In this document: in pieces, positions 20,256-31,045 of the stretch
Position numbering within the stretch: the stretch's first letter is position 1
Layout: each line of letters starts with the position of its first letter
Source: Promethearchaeota archaeon
GTDB taxonomy: Archaea; Asgardarchaeota; Lokiarchaeia; Sigyniarchaeales; SOKP01
Direction: 5' to 3'
DNA length: 64,000 nucleotides
Assembly: GCA_019058445.1 (NCBI GenBank)
Contig: JAHPZA010000006.1
Span: 672,001 to 736,000, forward strand
Notes under the pieces: model-generated
The model's input: only the letters and a program-made list of their open reading frames with translations
Database searches by the model: none
What the model was told of the DNA's origin: nothing
Translations under genes and position numbers: made by a program

Positions 20256-21752
20256 ATGAAAGTAAAAAGACGTTTTTCAAGGCTTATTCGTGAAAATACA
20301 GTTAAAATTGTAGCTACCTTAGGTCCAGCATCTGAATCCAAAAAAATGCTTAAAGAACTAATAGATACTGGCGTTGATGTATTTCGCTTGAACTTTTCGC
20401 ATGGTACTCATGATGAAAAAAGAGAGTTAGTACAAAGAATTCGGGAAGTTGATGAATATGTAGGAATTTTATGTGATATCCAAGGTCCAAAAATAAGAGT
20501 GGGTAATTTCAAAGACGATAAGGCTTATAATTTAAATATTGGACAAGAAGTCTTGGTGTATGAGAAAGACATAATGGGAGATCAGAATCAATTTTCTGTG
20601 CCTTTAGTAGGCTTCCTAAACACCATTTCGAAAGGGGATGTATTTTTTATTAATGATGGGATCATTAAAATTCAAGTGAAAAAGAAAGAAAGTGACCATA
20701 TAATTGGCGAAGTAATGGCAGGTGGTATTATAAGCAATAGGAAGGGAGTTAATATCCCAAAAGGAGCATTAAGCCAAAGAGTTCCTACTGAAAAAGATAT
20801 AAAAGATTTAGAATTAATCGCTGAGCTCAATCCGGAGTATGTGGCTATTTCCTTTGTCTCTTCTGGGGCTGATGTACTTCATGTGAAAAGGATTCTTGAA
20901 AACTATGGAAATAATGATATTAAACTTATTTCTAAAATAGAACGCCCCATCGCGTTAGATAATTTTGACGATATTTTAGAGGTTTCTGATGGGATTATGG
21001 TGGCAAGAGGGGATCTTGGGGTTGAGATATCCCCTGATCAAGTCCCTGTTCGGCAAAAAGAACTGATTAAAAAATGCAACAAAGAGGGAAAGCCAGTAAT
21101 AGTTGCGACTCAAATGCTCGAATCAATGATAAATGCACCAATACCTACAAGGGCAGAAGCGAACGATGTGTTCAATGCGGTTATAGATGGGACAGATGCA
21201 GTCATGCTCTCTGCTGAAACTGCTGTAGGGAATTTTCCCTTAAATGCCGTGCAATATATGAACAAAATTGCTTACACTGCTACCCAAAATATGCCAAAAC
21301 GAAAACCCGATGAGTATGACTCTGATCGGTTGATTCATACACAAGTATTAGGACATGCAATTCATTCATTAACTACTGAGATGGAAGATTTAAATTTTCG
21401 AGGTAAGATTTTGGTTTTAACAAGAGGAGGATTTGGTGTAAGAATGATTGCAAAGTATCGTCCACCGCTACCCATCATTGCAATTACACCACATAAAAGA
21501 ACTGCAAGGGAAATGAATTTACTCTGGGCAGTACAACCTATACATATTGAGAATATTAATTTCTTTAATTTAGATGCTGAAGCTATCATTCAACAATCGG
21601 TGAAATATGCCGTTGAATTGGGAGTAATAGACGAGAATGAACATGTAGTAATCTTACTTGTCTCGAGAAAATGGAAAAAGAGAGGCAATATCGTAGGATT
21701 TTATTACGTAGGGGAAATTCTTGAAGGGGACAGAGAAGAAAATTCAAAATAG
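20256..21752 (+). CDS. pyk: Pyruvate kinase
   Basis: KIVATLGPAS, RLNFSHG, MVARGDLGVE, ATQMLESM, DAVMLS. Confidence 0.98.
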   Translation: MKVKRRFSRLIRENTVKIVATLGPASESKKMLKELIDTGVDVFRLNFSHGTHDEKRELVQRIREVDEYVGILCDIQGPKIRVGNFKDDKAYNLNIGQEVLVYEKDIMGDQNQFSVPLVGFLNTISKGDVFFINDGIIKIQVKKKESDHIIGEVMAGGIISNRKGVNIPKGALSQRVPTEKDIKDLELIAELNPEYVAISFVSSGADVLHVKRILENYGNNDIKLISKIERPIALDNFDDILEVSDGIMVARGDLGVEISPDQVPVRQKELIKKCNKEGKPVIVATQMLESMINAPIPTRAEANDVFNAVIDGTDAVMLSAETAVGNFPLNAVQYMNKIAYTATQNMPKRKPDEYDSDRLIHTQVLGHAIHSLTTEMEDLNFRGKILVLTRGGFGVRMIAKYRPPLPIIAITPHKRTAREMNLLWAVQPIHIENINFFNLDAEAIIQQSVKYAVELGVIDENEHVVILLVSRKWKKRGNIVGFYYVGEILEGDREENSK

Positions 21753-21901
21753 AAGTACATCTTAATTTTTAGGTTTCAATTGGTTTTTATTATTAGTTTT
21801 TTTATTCTTTATTTATTTGGAGTGTCAGTTTTATAAAGTAGGAAACCGAAATAAATAATAACTATTTCAATGTTATATAAAAAAAAATGAATTGATAAAA
21901 A

Positions 21902-23236
21902 ATGGAATCAGAGGGAAAAGCTTCTACGGGAAAATTCATTACCTATGGAATGCCCCGATTCAGTGCTGGTATCGTATTAGATACGGTTGATTTCGGCATA
22001 TTATTCCTATATATAGTTGTCTATGGGCTTCCTCCAATACTATCAGGTTTAGCATTAGCAATTGGGAAATTAAGTATTGCACTAGGTCAATTTTCGATGG
22101 GCTGGTTATCAGATAGAACTAAAACCAAGTATGGTAGAAGAAAACCATTCATGTTCTTTTATGCACCCCTGACGGCATTATCATTTATCTGTGCTCTATT
22201 ACCGATGATCTTTATTCAAAATCCAAGTTCCATCATTTTATTCGTATGGATCTTAGTGTTTGATGCAGTTTTTCAATGGTCCTATGGAGGACTTACTACG
22301 CCTTATCAATCTTGGGTATCTGAGCAATTTATTGTGCATGAACGCCCTAAAGCATCTGCTTTCCAAAATCTATTTAGTTTTATAGGAGCTGGAGTTGGAA
22401 TCGTTTTTACCTTATTGGTATTTCCCCCGTTGATCGAGACTTTTCAAAAAACAAAAACCGTAGACCCTATTTTTGTAATTTTGGTATTTATTTTTGGATT
22501 TTTACTAGTATTACTATTCTATATCTGTGCTTTCGCATTTCCAGTTGAAAAAGTTGAGGCTGCTGAAATGAATTTCTCTGAAGATTTGAAAAAGGTGCTT
22601 AAAGATAAAAATTTCATGAGGGTATGCTGGCTACAGGGCATAGCATTTTTAGCTATTGGGATGATAACACCATCTGTAATAGGTTTTGCTACAATCGTGT
22701 TAAAAATAGAGGGCACAACATTATATCTTACAGCGGTAATTCTTTTAGTGGGTATTATGGTCTTTCTTTTTATGTGGAAAAAATTAATAGATAAAAAGGG
22801 GAAAAAGCAAACCTTCTTAATCATAATTTTAACTGGAATTATTGTTTTACCCTTGACTTTAATAGGACTAGTCCCAGGTGAAATTAACTTTTTAATCACT
22901 GTTGTTTGGGTATTGGCAATCGCAGCGTTTATGGGGGGTTGGTATTTATTTCCATACATCTGGTTAGCGGATTTAGCGGAAGATGCGCAAGTAAGATCTG
23001 GTGAGGGAAGAAAATCTGGATTATATGCGGGATTTCCACAAATTCTTCTTAATATATTTCAAGCTATTGCATTATTTATTACAGGATTTATTCTAAGCCT
23101 CCCAAATGTACCAGGCAAAGACTATTCTTGGGGTTATGTTTTATGGGGTGTGTGGTGTTCAGGAGTTCTGATTGTTACCTATTTATTCACTAAGAAATTA
23201 ATTACTTTAGATTTTGATTGGGAAAAAGAGAGATAG
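21902..23236 (+). CDS. MFS transporter (GPH/MelB-like)
   Basis: GWLSDRTKTKYGRRKPF; about 12 TM helices. Confidence 0.9.
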   Translation: MESEGKASTGKFITYGMPRFSAGIVLDTVDFGILFLYIVVYGLPPILSGLALAIGKLSIALGQFSMGWLSDRTKTKYGRRKPFMFFYAPLTALSFICALLPMIFIQNPSSIILFVWILVFDAVFQWSYGGLTTPYQSWVSEQFIVHERPKASAFQNLFSFIGAGVGIVFTLLVFPPLIETFQKTKTVDPIFVILVFIFGFLLVLLFYICAFAFPVEKVEAAEMNFSEDLKKVLKDKNFMRVCWLQGIAFLAIGMITPSVIGFATIVLKIEGTTLYLTAVILLVGIMVFLFMWKKLIDKKGKKQTFLIIILTGIIVLPLTLIGLVPGEINFLITVVWVLAIAAFMGGWYLFPYIWLADLAEDAQVRSGEGRKSGLYAGFPQILLNIFQAIALFITGFILSLPNVPGKDYSWGYVLWGVWCSGVLIVTYLFTKKLITLDFDWEKER

Positions 23237-23373
23237 ACCAAATTTCAAATTATTAAATTTATTTTTTTCTTTATTCTTAAGCTGGTATTTTTATTATCAA
23301 TGTAAGAAAGTTGAAATTATAAATATTCAAAATGAACTAATTAAGAATAGCACCTTTTTAAAAATGTGATTGT

Positions 23374-24540
23374 ATGAGAAATGAAAAAGAGGAAGGATTA
23401 ATCAAAGCTACTAACACTTTTGCTATAGAACTATATCATCAGCTAAGTAAACCTGAAGAAAATCTATTTTTCTCACCCTTTAGTATTTTTACTGCGCTAT
23501 CTATGGTTTATGCTGGTGCTCGGGGGTCCACAGCGAATCAAATGGAAAAAACTCTCCACATTCCATTAGAGCAGCATCATTTCCACAGGGCTCTTAAAAA
23601 ACTCTTACGTATATTGGGTAGTGAAGAGACTAACAAGGATAATGAACTGAGTATAGCGAATTTATTGTGTGTTAAGGAAGGCTATGATCTTCTCGAAAAA
23701 TTTTTATGGAGTATCGAAGATAATTATAATGCTCCGATATGGAAATTAAATTTCTCATTAGTTAGGGAATCTTCTGCAAAAATTAATAATTGGGTGGCTG
23801 AACAAACTAAAGGTAAAATCTCTAATATTATTGATTCGATTGATCCTGAGATGAGGCTTATTTTGATTAACGCAATCTATTTTAAAGGGATGTGGGAAAA
23901 TACGTTTGATAAAAATTTTACAAAAGAGGAAAACTTCACACTTGCATCTGGTGAAAAAATAATGGTTCCGATGATGCGCCAAACGAGGAATTTCACCTAT
24001 TTAGATGATGATAAGTTCCAAATTCTTGAAATGCCATATAAGGGAACCCTTATCTCTGGTACAACTAAACGGGTTAATATGGTTATTTTTCTACCGAAAC
24101 AATTTAATAAACTTCCACTGATAGAATCCCAGCTTACTTTTGAAAAGATGGAAGTTTACGTTTCGGAGCTACGTGAGCAATATATGCAGAGAGTAAGGGT
24201 TTTTTTTCCTCGATTTACGATTCAAATAAGCTACAAACTTACAAAAGCTCTTTCGGATTTAGGACTTGCTCTTGTTTTCACTAAAAATGCAGATCTTTCA
24301 GCAATATCTAAAGAACCAGTGATCTTTATTTCTGATGTTATACATAAAGCTTTCGTGGAGGTAAATGAGAGAGGTACTGAGGCAGCAGCCGTAACAGCAA
24401 TCAGTGTCGTGGGAGCCTCTATTGGCCCAAGAAAAGAGCCGCCCGTATTTCGCGCAGATCATCCTTTCATATTTCTTATTCAAGATTCACAAACAAAAAC
24501 AATCCTCTTTATCGGAAAAGTTATGAATCCTATAGAATAA
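23374..24540 (+). CDS. Serpin
   Basis: NLFFSPFSI, NAIYFKGMW, hinge EVNERGTEAAA, FRADHPF. Confidence 0.97.
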   Translation: MRNEKEEGLIKATNTFAIELYHQLSKPEENLFFSPFSIFTALSMVYAGARGSTANQMEKTLHIPLEQHHFHRALKKLLRILGSEETNKDNELSIANLLCVKEGYDLLEKFLWSIEDNYNAPIWKLNFSLVRESSAKINNWVAEQTKGKISNIIDSIDPEMRLILINAIYFKGMWENTFDKNFTKEENFTLASGEKIMVPMMRQTRNFTYLDDDKFQILEMPYKGTLISGTTKRVNMVIFLPKQFNKLPLIESQLTFEKMEVYVSELREQYMQRVRVFFPRFTIQISYKLTKALSDLGLALVFTKNADLSAISKEPVIFISDVIHKAFVEVNERGTEAAAVTAISVVGASIGPRKEPPVFRADHPFIFLIQDSQTKTILFIGKVMNPIE

Positions 24541-24561
24541 GTTCTAAAAAAAAACAAAAAT

Positions 24562-24808
24562 TTAGGCCAGATCAATTGAAATTTCTATTAAATGATCCAA
24601 CTTAATAACTTGATCACCAAACCGTACTAAATCTAACTTATCTTGCTTTTTTTTGAATAATCCTTTTTCAAATTCATTTAATGCGACAAGAAACGCACTG
24701 AGAGTTTCTTATGAATTATCCTTAATAATTTCCTCAAATATGTATTAGATTATAAGCTTACCGGACGGATATTCGTATAATATTAAATGATAGAGTATAG
24801 CTACCCAT
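24562..24808 (-). pseudogene. Decayed longin-like domain gene
   Basis: Manual translation ILYHLILYEYPSGKLII*YIFEEIIKDNS*ETLSAFLVALNEFEKGLFKKKQDKLDLVRFGDQVIKLDHLIEISIDLA*. Confidence 0.55.
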
Positions 24809-25057
24809 CTAATTATACTTGCATAATTTAATATTATTTGAAATTGATAGATCTTGAAAGTAAAAATGTGTAATATCGTCACGAAAGATCAGAAAATTCT
24901 TAGCTTTTTAATAAAAAAAATGATATTAGATTATCACCATACAGATCATTAAATTGTTAAAAGAATAGAATGAAACTCTTCAAGATCTAATTATCTTGAA
25001 AAATCACGGGGTTTAAGAGATTAAATTTGTAATTAAAGTTAAAATGTAATTGTTAGA

Positions 25058-25270
25058 ATGGAAAAGCTCGATAGTTTTCAAGTATACAGCCATAACCACA
25101 GTGTGAATGTTTTAGTGGATAAAATATGGGTAAAAAACGAGAGAGTATACTTCAGAGTTTTAGAGGAATTAGAAAATTCTCAAAATCATTTAAGAAAAGA
25201 GCAGAAACCGAATGTATATTCCATTCATGTAAATTCTATTTTTACGTTACGATGTAAATTATATTTTTAA
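25058..25270 (+). CDS. Small hypothetical protein
   Basis: ORF track, 70 aa. Confidence 0.55.
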   Translation: MEKLDSFQVYSHNHSVNVLVDKIWVKNERVYFRVLEELENSQNHLRKEQKPNVYSIHVNSIFTLRCKLYF

Positions 25271-25373
25271 ATTAAATTTTTATTAAATATTCTAAAATCT
25301 CAAATTTTATTAGATGATTATTATTACTTTAAAAATATTATCACAATTTTAAGTTCAAAAAAGGCATAAAACC

Positions 25374-26552
25374 TTGATTTTATCAAAAAAATCAATTATT
25401 TTTATCCTTATATCGGTATTAATTGCTAATACTACTGGAATGGGCGTATTTGCTTATGCTCCAAGATATTTATTAAATTTAGGAGTTGATATAATAGTTA
25501 TTCAGCTTATTTTAACATTGTATATATTCACTACTTTAGCATTTCCTCCATTAATTGGGAAATTATCTGATAAAATACAACATCGATCAATGCTTTTTAA
25601 ACTTGGAGCTGTTGGAGTAAGCATTATCTTTTTTCTATTTACCACAGTCTTCAATTTAGTTCTTATAATCATTTTAATGATATTATACGGTTTTTTTGGT
25701 ACGTTTGCTAGATTGAAATTTGTATTATATGCAGAGTTGGTAGAAAATGATCATCGTTTTATCGCTTATTTTGCTGCCATAACCGCTTTAGGATGGTTTT
25801 TAGGGGCGTTCTTAACGGGTATTTTTGTTGATTTATTTGGAATTGGTCAGTATTTTCAATTATTATTATCAGTTTCTTTAATAAACCTTGTTATCATCAT
25901 GTTTATCAAGGAAAATAGAACATTAATCTTGGAACGCCATGAAAAAGAAGAAGTTAGAAATTTAGATGATATTATATTAAACAACCGGGATGATTCAAAT
26001 CATATATCCCGATCCATTTATCCGAGCTTATTTTTTCGCAATTTTGGTGTGCGTCCAATATTAGTAATTCTTGCAATATTAATGTTTTTTCATATTTCCA
26101 GTGATACCCAAATAGGTTTTTTGATTGGAATCAATTTTTTAATTCAATTTTTTCTAAATATATTATTAGCCCATGTCATAACCGAGAAGAATTTAAAATG
26201 GATTATGTTTATAGGTTATATCTTAAGTGCTTTTACTATTCTGGGTTGGATTTTAGCCACTGATTTCTGGAGTTTTTTAATCTGTCAAATTCTTATTTCA
26301 CTTTCTTTTGCTATGTTCATGACGGCAACTCAAATCTACGTTACTAGAAATACTACCCCCCATAATAAGGGAAAATATGTCGGATATATGAATACTGGCA
26401 CTCAATTAGGTTCCTTTTCTGGAGGGTTAATGTTTAGCCTATTACTCGTGCTATATTCTGGCAATTATTATCCTGCCATGTATTTTATGATTATTTTTCC
26501 CGCGATTTCAGCTTTCATCATTCTAATTAAGTTTGAAAGGGAAAATGAGTGA
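25374..26552 (+). CDS. MFS transporter
   Basis: GKLSDKIQHR motif A; about 12 TM helices. Confidence 0.88.
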   Translation: MILSKKSIIFILISVLIANTTGMGVFAYAPRYLLNLGVDIIVIQLILTLYIFTTLAFPPLIGKLSDKIQHRSMLFKLGAVGVSIIFFLFTTVFNLVLIIILMILYGFFGTFARLKFVLYAELVENDHRFIAYFAAITALGWFLGAFLTGIFVDLFGIGQYFQLLLSVSLINLVIIMFIKENRTLILERHEKEEVRNLDDIILNNRDDSNHISRSIYPSLFFRNFGVRPILVILAILMFFHISSDTQIGFLIGINFLIQFFLNILLAHVITEKNLKWIMFIGYILSAFTILGWILATDFWSFLICQILISLSFAMFMTATQIYVTRNTTPHNKGKYVGYMNTGTQLGSFSGGLMFSLLLVLYSGNYYPAMYFMIIFPAISAFIILIKFERENE

Positions 26553-26614
26553 TGGCTTCTTTTCAAAAAGATAAAAAAATATATTAGAAATACTATTATC
26601 AAAAGAGTGGAGAA

Positions 26615-26758
26615 TTAAATCCAAACCTTAAAGTAATCCCTGAAAGCCTTTTCATACTCTTCAAGAAGAGGATTATCTATTTCTGCAAATCTTATCTCTC
26701 CATATTCAATTTCTCCATAAATTTCAGCAGATTTTATTTCTTTCTCTAAAATAGCCAT
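26615..26758 (-). CDS. Small acidic hypothetical protein (47 aa; not in ORF track)
   Basis: MAILEKEIKSAEIYGEIEYGEIRFAEIDNPLLEEYEKAFRDYFKVWI; AGGT upstream. Confidence 0.45.
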   Translation of the reverse strand: MAILEKEIKSAEIYGEIEYGEIRFAEIDNPLLEEYEKAFRDYFKVWI

Positions 26759-27045
26759 TAAAATATACCTACGAATAAAATTTATTATAATTTATCTGAA
26801 GTAAGATTTGTTATCCTTCGGAATTCTGTTATTTAAATCTCACTATATTTTATTTTAGCTCACATCATCCATTATTTTTTTATAATCCTCTTATTCTACT
26901 ACAACTTGTTCTCCCTCTGTCTCATTTGGAAGTAAGAAATTTCTTCATCTTATTGCATAAGCAACCTTTATATAGAAATCTGTTTAATTAAATTTTAAAT
27001 AGAATTCTAATAAAAAATATTAAATTTTTAAATTGTGAATTTTCT

Positions 27046-28437
27046 ATGAGTGAAAATGAAAAAGAATTACTTGATGAGTCATATAAAGAACCTTCAGTAC
27101 CTAGCATGATTTCCTACGGAACGGCTGGTTTTTGGAGTATGTTTGCGTATTCAGTTTTCGGAGCATATTTTTTCTTCTTTTATGAGATAGCAGTGGGTTT
27201 AGATACCATTCTCATAGCTTTAGCAATGATTATATTTACCTTATGGGATGCTGTAAATGATCCGCTTATTGGGTTTCTTACCGATCGTAAAACAAAGTTC
27301 ACAAAAAAAGCAGGCAAGAGATTTCCATGGATTGTAATTGGCATTTTGCCAGCGAATTTTATGTTTGCACTATTATTTATGCCACCAATGGGGGCTGCTC
27401 CAATTGTATTATTTTGGTGGATTATTATAACGACCTGCACATTTGATTCTTTAGTTACGCTCTGTATGGTTAATGTTTCTGCACTTTTTCCGGATAAATT
27501 TCGGACAGACAAAGCACGTAGGAAGGCTTCAGGATTGAGTGCAACATTCTCTATGCTTGCGTTACCCGCAAGTGCCATTATACCTCCATTAATTATTACA
27601 TTCGAAGATCCAACAAGTTATATCCCCATGGCTTGGTTATGTGTTGGAATATTAGTGATTGTTGCGATATTATTCTTGCCCGGGATGATTGAGAATAAAG
27701 AGTTAAAGGAAAGATATTATGTTAGTGAAGAAATTCAAGAAGGCTTCTTAGACGCATTAAAATCATCAATGAAACAAACGAGTTTTGTATATTATATCAT
27801 CCTCTTCTTTGGATTTACAGTTGTTACTTCTTGTTTAACAGCTTCCATTCCGTACGTAGTATTTATTGTAATACAAGGCTCTGAATTTTTTGCGATAATG
27901 TTATTTGCATTGTTTCTTAGTGGAACAATCATCTCAGTTCCTTTTTGGGTTTTTTTTGCTAAGAAAATGAAAAATAACAAAAAAACGGCTGTTATTGGAG
28001 GATTTACATGTGCAATTGTTACGTTTATAGTGACATTTTTTGTCGGCATTCTCGACTTGGTTTTTGTATTTATTTTAGGATTCGCCATGGGAAACCTCTG
28101 GGTTTTGATTCCGGTCTATTTTTCAGATGTACTCGATGAAAGAGTAGTATTAACACGTTCAGATGTGAGAGGGACTACTGTAGGAGTTCAAAATTTCTTT
28201 ACACGATTATCACGTGGCGCCCAAATTGCAATATTTGCTATAGTTCATATTCTAACCGGATTTGTTGAGGGTTCACAAACCCAGACAGAATTAGCTCAAT
28301 TTGGAGTGTTACTTCATTTTACTGTAATTCCTGCCATAATACTTGCGATATGTACTCTAATCTATTGGAAAAAATTCCCGCTTACGCCGGAAGAAACAAA
28401 CAAGATAAAAATAAAACTTAAAGAACTCGGTTTTTAA
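27046..28437 (+). CDS. MFS transporter (GPH family)
   Basis: WDAVNDPLIGFLTDR...GKRFPW. Confidence 0.92.
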   Translation: MSENEKELLDESYKEPSVPSMISYGTAGFWSMFAYSVFGAYFFFFYEIAVGLDTILIALAMIIFTLWDAVNDPLIGFLTDRKTKFTKKAGKRFPWIVIGILPANFMFALLFMPPMGAAPIVLFWWIIITTCTFDSLVTLCMVNVSALFPDKFRTDKARRKASGLSATFSMLALPASAIIPPLIITFEDPTSYIPMAWLCVGILVIVAILFLPGMIENKELKERYYVSEEIQEGFLDALKSSMKQTSFVYYIILFFGFTVVTSCLTASIPYVVFIVIQGSEFFAIMLFALFLSGTIISVPFWVFFAKKMKNNKKTAVIGGFTCAIVTFIVTFFVGILDLVFVFILGFAMGNLWVLIPVYFSDVLDERVVLTRSDVRGTTVGVQNFFTRLSRGAQIAIFAIVHILTGFVEGSQTQTELAQFGVLLHFTVIPAIILAICTLIYWKKFPLTPEETNKIKIKLKELGF

Positions 28438-28548
28438 TTCAATTTTTACTTTCATTTTTTTTTTAAGTTTATTGAGGGCTTTATTATATAACAATAGATT
28501 TATTATTATTCTAATTTAAGTTAACCTAATAAATTAAGAATATGAAAA

Positions 28549-28800
28549 ATGGTTAATATATCTGAAAATAGTGATGTTTACTGAGAATTGCAAAAACATC
28601 TCGATATGCTTCCAATTGGATCTCCTGCCAGAGAATCAGCGGTGGAAATAAAGATATTGAAGAAAGTTTTTACACCAGAAGAAACTAAAGTCGCGACTAA
28701 GCTAAGGTTCACGTTCGAATCCCTAGATAATATTTATAAACGAGTTGATAGCAAGGAGATGTCAATAAACGATTTAGAAATAGTATTAGACAATTCTGAT
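28549..28800 (+). pseudogene. Truncated copy of the 5' end of the Fe-S protein gene at 29833
   Basis: SENSDVY*ELQKHLDMLPIGSPARESAVEI vs SENSDIYRELQKHLDTLPIGYPATESGVEI (CGA>TGA); upstream region also duplicated. Confidence 0.85.
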
Positions 28801-28928
28801 CATTGTTCCATCGTTTTGAAAATGGATATAGAAATCCCTTTCATGAGTATTCAATCTAAAAGTTCATTTAAAGCATTAATCACTTCATTTATCTATATAA
28901 AATTTTTTATATTTTCATTTTCTTAAAT

Positions 28929-29522
28929 TTGTTTATTATGGGATTGAAAATTTTAAAAAAAAGGAATTTTTTTAATAGAATAATCTTAAAACTCTGGTTG
29001 AAAGATGCTTATAGAAAGATTGAAAGATTTGAGAAATTTCTTAATAAAGAAGATAAAATTCTAGACATAGGTGGAGGTCTCGGAACTGTGTCTTACCTTT
29101 TAAAAAAAAGGGGATACGATTCAGAAGTTATAGATGTTCAAGATGTTTCTATTTTTAAAGATATTCACCCCTTAATATATGGCGGGACAAAACTTCCCTT
29201 TGATGATAATACTTATGATATAGCACTCATTCTCACAGTGTTACATCATACAAAATCCCCGGAAATAATTCTAAATGAAGCGAAAAGAGTTGCTAAAAGA
29301 ATAATCATTATTGAAGATATCTACAATTCATTATTACATAAATACGTTTTATTCTTAATTGATTCTTTTACTAACTTTCAATTTTTTAACCATCCTCATA
29401 GCAATAAAAACCATAATGGCTGGATTCAATTATTTAAGAACTTAAATATAGAAGTTATTGAATACCGAATCATAAAAACAGCTCCATTTGTGCATCAAGT
29501 AACATACATTTTAAAAACCTAA
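28929..29522 (+). CDS. Class I SAM-dependent methyltransferase
   Basis: ILDIGGGLG; LPFDDNTYD; VLHH. Confidence 0.9.
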   Translation: MFIMGLKILKKRNFFNRIILKLWLKDAYRKIERFEKFLNKEDKILDIGGGLGTVSYLLKKRGYDSEVIDVQDVSIFKDIHPLIYGGTKLPFDDNTYDIALILTVLHHTKSPEIILNEAKRVAKRIIIIEDIYNSLLHKYVLFLIDSFTNFQFFNHPHSNKNHNGWIQLFKNLNIEVIEYRIIKTAPFVHQVTYILKT

Positions 29523-29832
29523 TTCAAGTTCATTGAAAGCATTCAAACATATAAAATTTTAAATCAAATCGATATATTGAATCTATAACTTAATTGGATA
29601 AAAGAATATACAATTCCATACAAGTTCATTTGTTATTAAGTATAATAATAATCACATTACATAAAGAAAAAAATCTTAAAAAATCCATTTTAACCACAAG
29701 AGAATCAACCAACCAAATTTTTAATTAATTTTTTTCTTTATTTTTCTAAATTTATTAAGAGCTTTATTATATAACAATAAGATTTATAATTATTCTAAAT
29801 CACCTTAACCCATTGAATTAAGAATATGAAAT

Positions 29833-30942
29833 GTGTTTTATATGTCTGAAAATAGTGATATTTACCGAGAATTGCAAAAACATCTCGATACGCTTCCAAT
29901 TGGATATCCTGCCACAGAATCAGGGGTGGAAATAAATTTATTGAAACAACTTTTTACACCAGAAGAAGCGAAAGCTGCAACTAAGTTAAACTTCTCCTTC
30001 GAATTACTGGAGGACATTTACGAGAGATTTGATAGCAAGGAGATGTCCATAAATGAGTTAGAGCAAATATTAAATAATGCAGTCTCCAAAGGCGCTGTCA
30101 TCATCAAAAAAGAGGGTGATAAGAAATATTATGCTAATGCAATGTTTATGATTGGGATGTATGACATTCAAACCCATCGAGGGAATGAAACTCTTGTTGA
30201 TTTTTTACAAACCTCTTCTCAATATTTTAAAGAAGCTATGGATGCGGAAATGTTTTCCACAGGAATTAATCAATTTCGAATTGTACCAATAGAAACAAGT
30301 ATAACTCCTGAACATCATATCACGTCTTATGACGATATTCGTCAAATTATTGAAAATACAGAAGGTCCAATTGTAGTGAACGATTGTGTGTGTCGAAATA
30401 AAAAGGATCTCTACGGAGAACCATGTAGCCATACTGATTTGCGTGAGACTTGTTTTGTGCTGCGTGATGTATTTGCTCAAATGTATATCGATAATGGATG
30501 GGGTAGACAAATAAGTAAAGAAGAAGCACTCGAAATTTTAAAGAAAACAGAAGAAGATGGATTGGTGTACCAACCAGGTAACGCTCAGAGACCTGGATCT
30601 CTCTGTTGTTGTTGCGGATGTTGTTGCGGATATTTAGCTGATATGAAAGCATTACCTAAGCCAACAGATTTTCTCAAATCAAATTATTACGCTGAAATAG
30701 ACTCTGATTCTTGTACAGGTTGCAGCACCTGTATAGATCGCTGCCAAATGGATGCATTGACTCTCGTGAATGATATCTCTACTGTAAATCTGGATAAGTG
30801 TATAGGATGCGGGGCATGTGTGCCAACCTGCCCTGTAGAGGCAATCATACTTCGCAAAAAAGAAAAAGAAACTACGCCTCCTGCCGATTGGGATGCATTG
30901 TACGAAAATATCTTAAATAAAAAGCAGGAACTTCGCTCATAA
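29833..30942 (+). CDS. 4Fe-4S dicluster protein with Cys-rich motif
   Basis: CVCR, CCCCGCCC, CTGCSTCIDRC, CIGCGACVPTCP. Confidence 0.92.
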   Translation: MFYMSENSDIYRELQKHLDTLPIGYPATESGVEINLLKQLFTPEEAKAATKLNFSFELLEDIYERFDSKEMSINELEQILNNAVSKGAVIIKKEGDKKYYANAMFMIGMYDIQTHRGNETLVDFLQTSSQYFKEAMDAEMFSTGINQFRIVPIETSITPEHHITSYDDIRQIIENTEGPIVVNDCVCRNKKDLYGEPCSHTDLRETCFVLRDVFAQMYIDNGWGRQISKEEALEILKKTEEDGLVYQPGNAQRPGSLCCCCGCCCGYLADMKALPKPTDFLKSNYYAEIDSDSCTGCSTCIDRCQMDALTLVNDISTVNLDKCIGCGACVPTCPVEAIILRKKEKETTPPADWDALYENILNKKQELRS

Positions 30943-31045
30943 TAGCTATAAACTGCTGATAAAATCTTATTAAAGATGAATTAATCTTTAATTATGTCTT
31001 TTTTTTTGTTTAGAAATTATTTTCAAATGAGGTGAAACTCAAAAA

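Noticed and set aside
28582-28584. In-frame TGA as possible selenocysteine
   Set aside because: The intact paralogue has CGA (Arg) here and the copy is truncated, so this is a nonsense mutation
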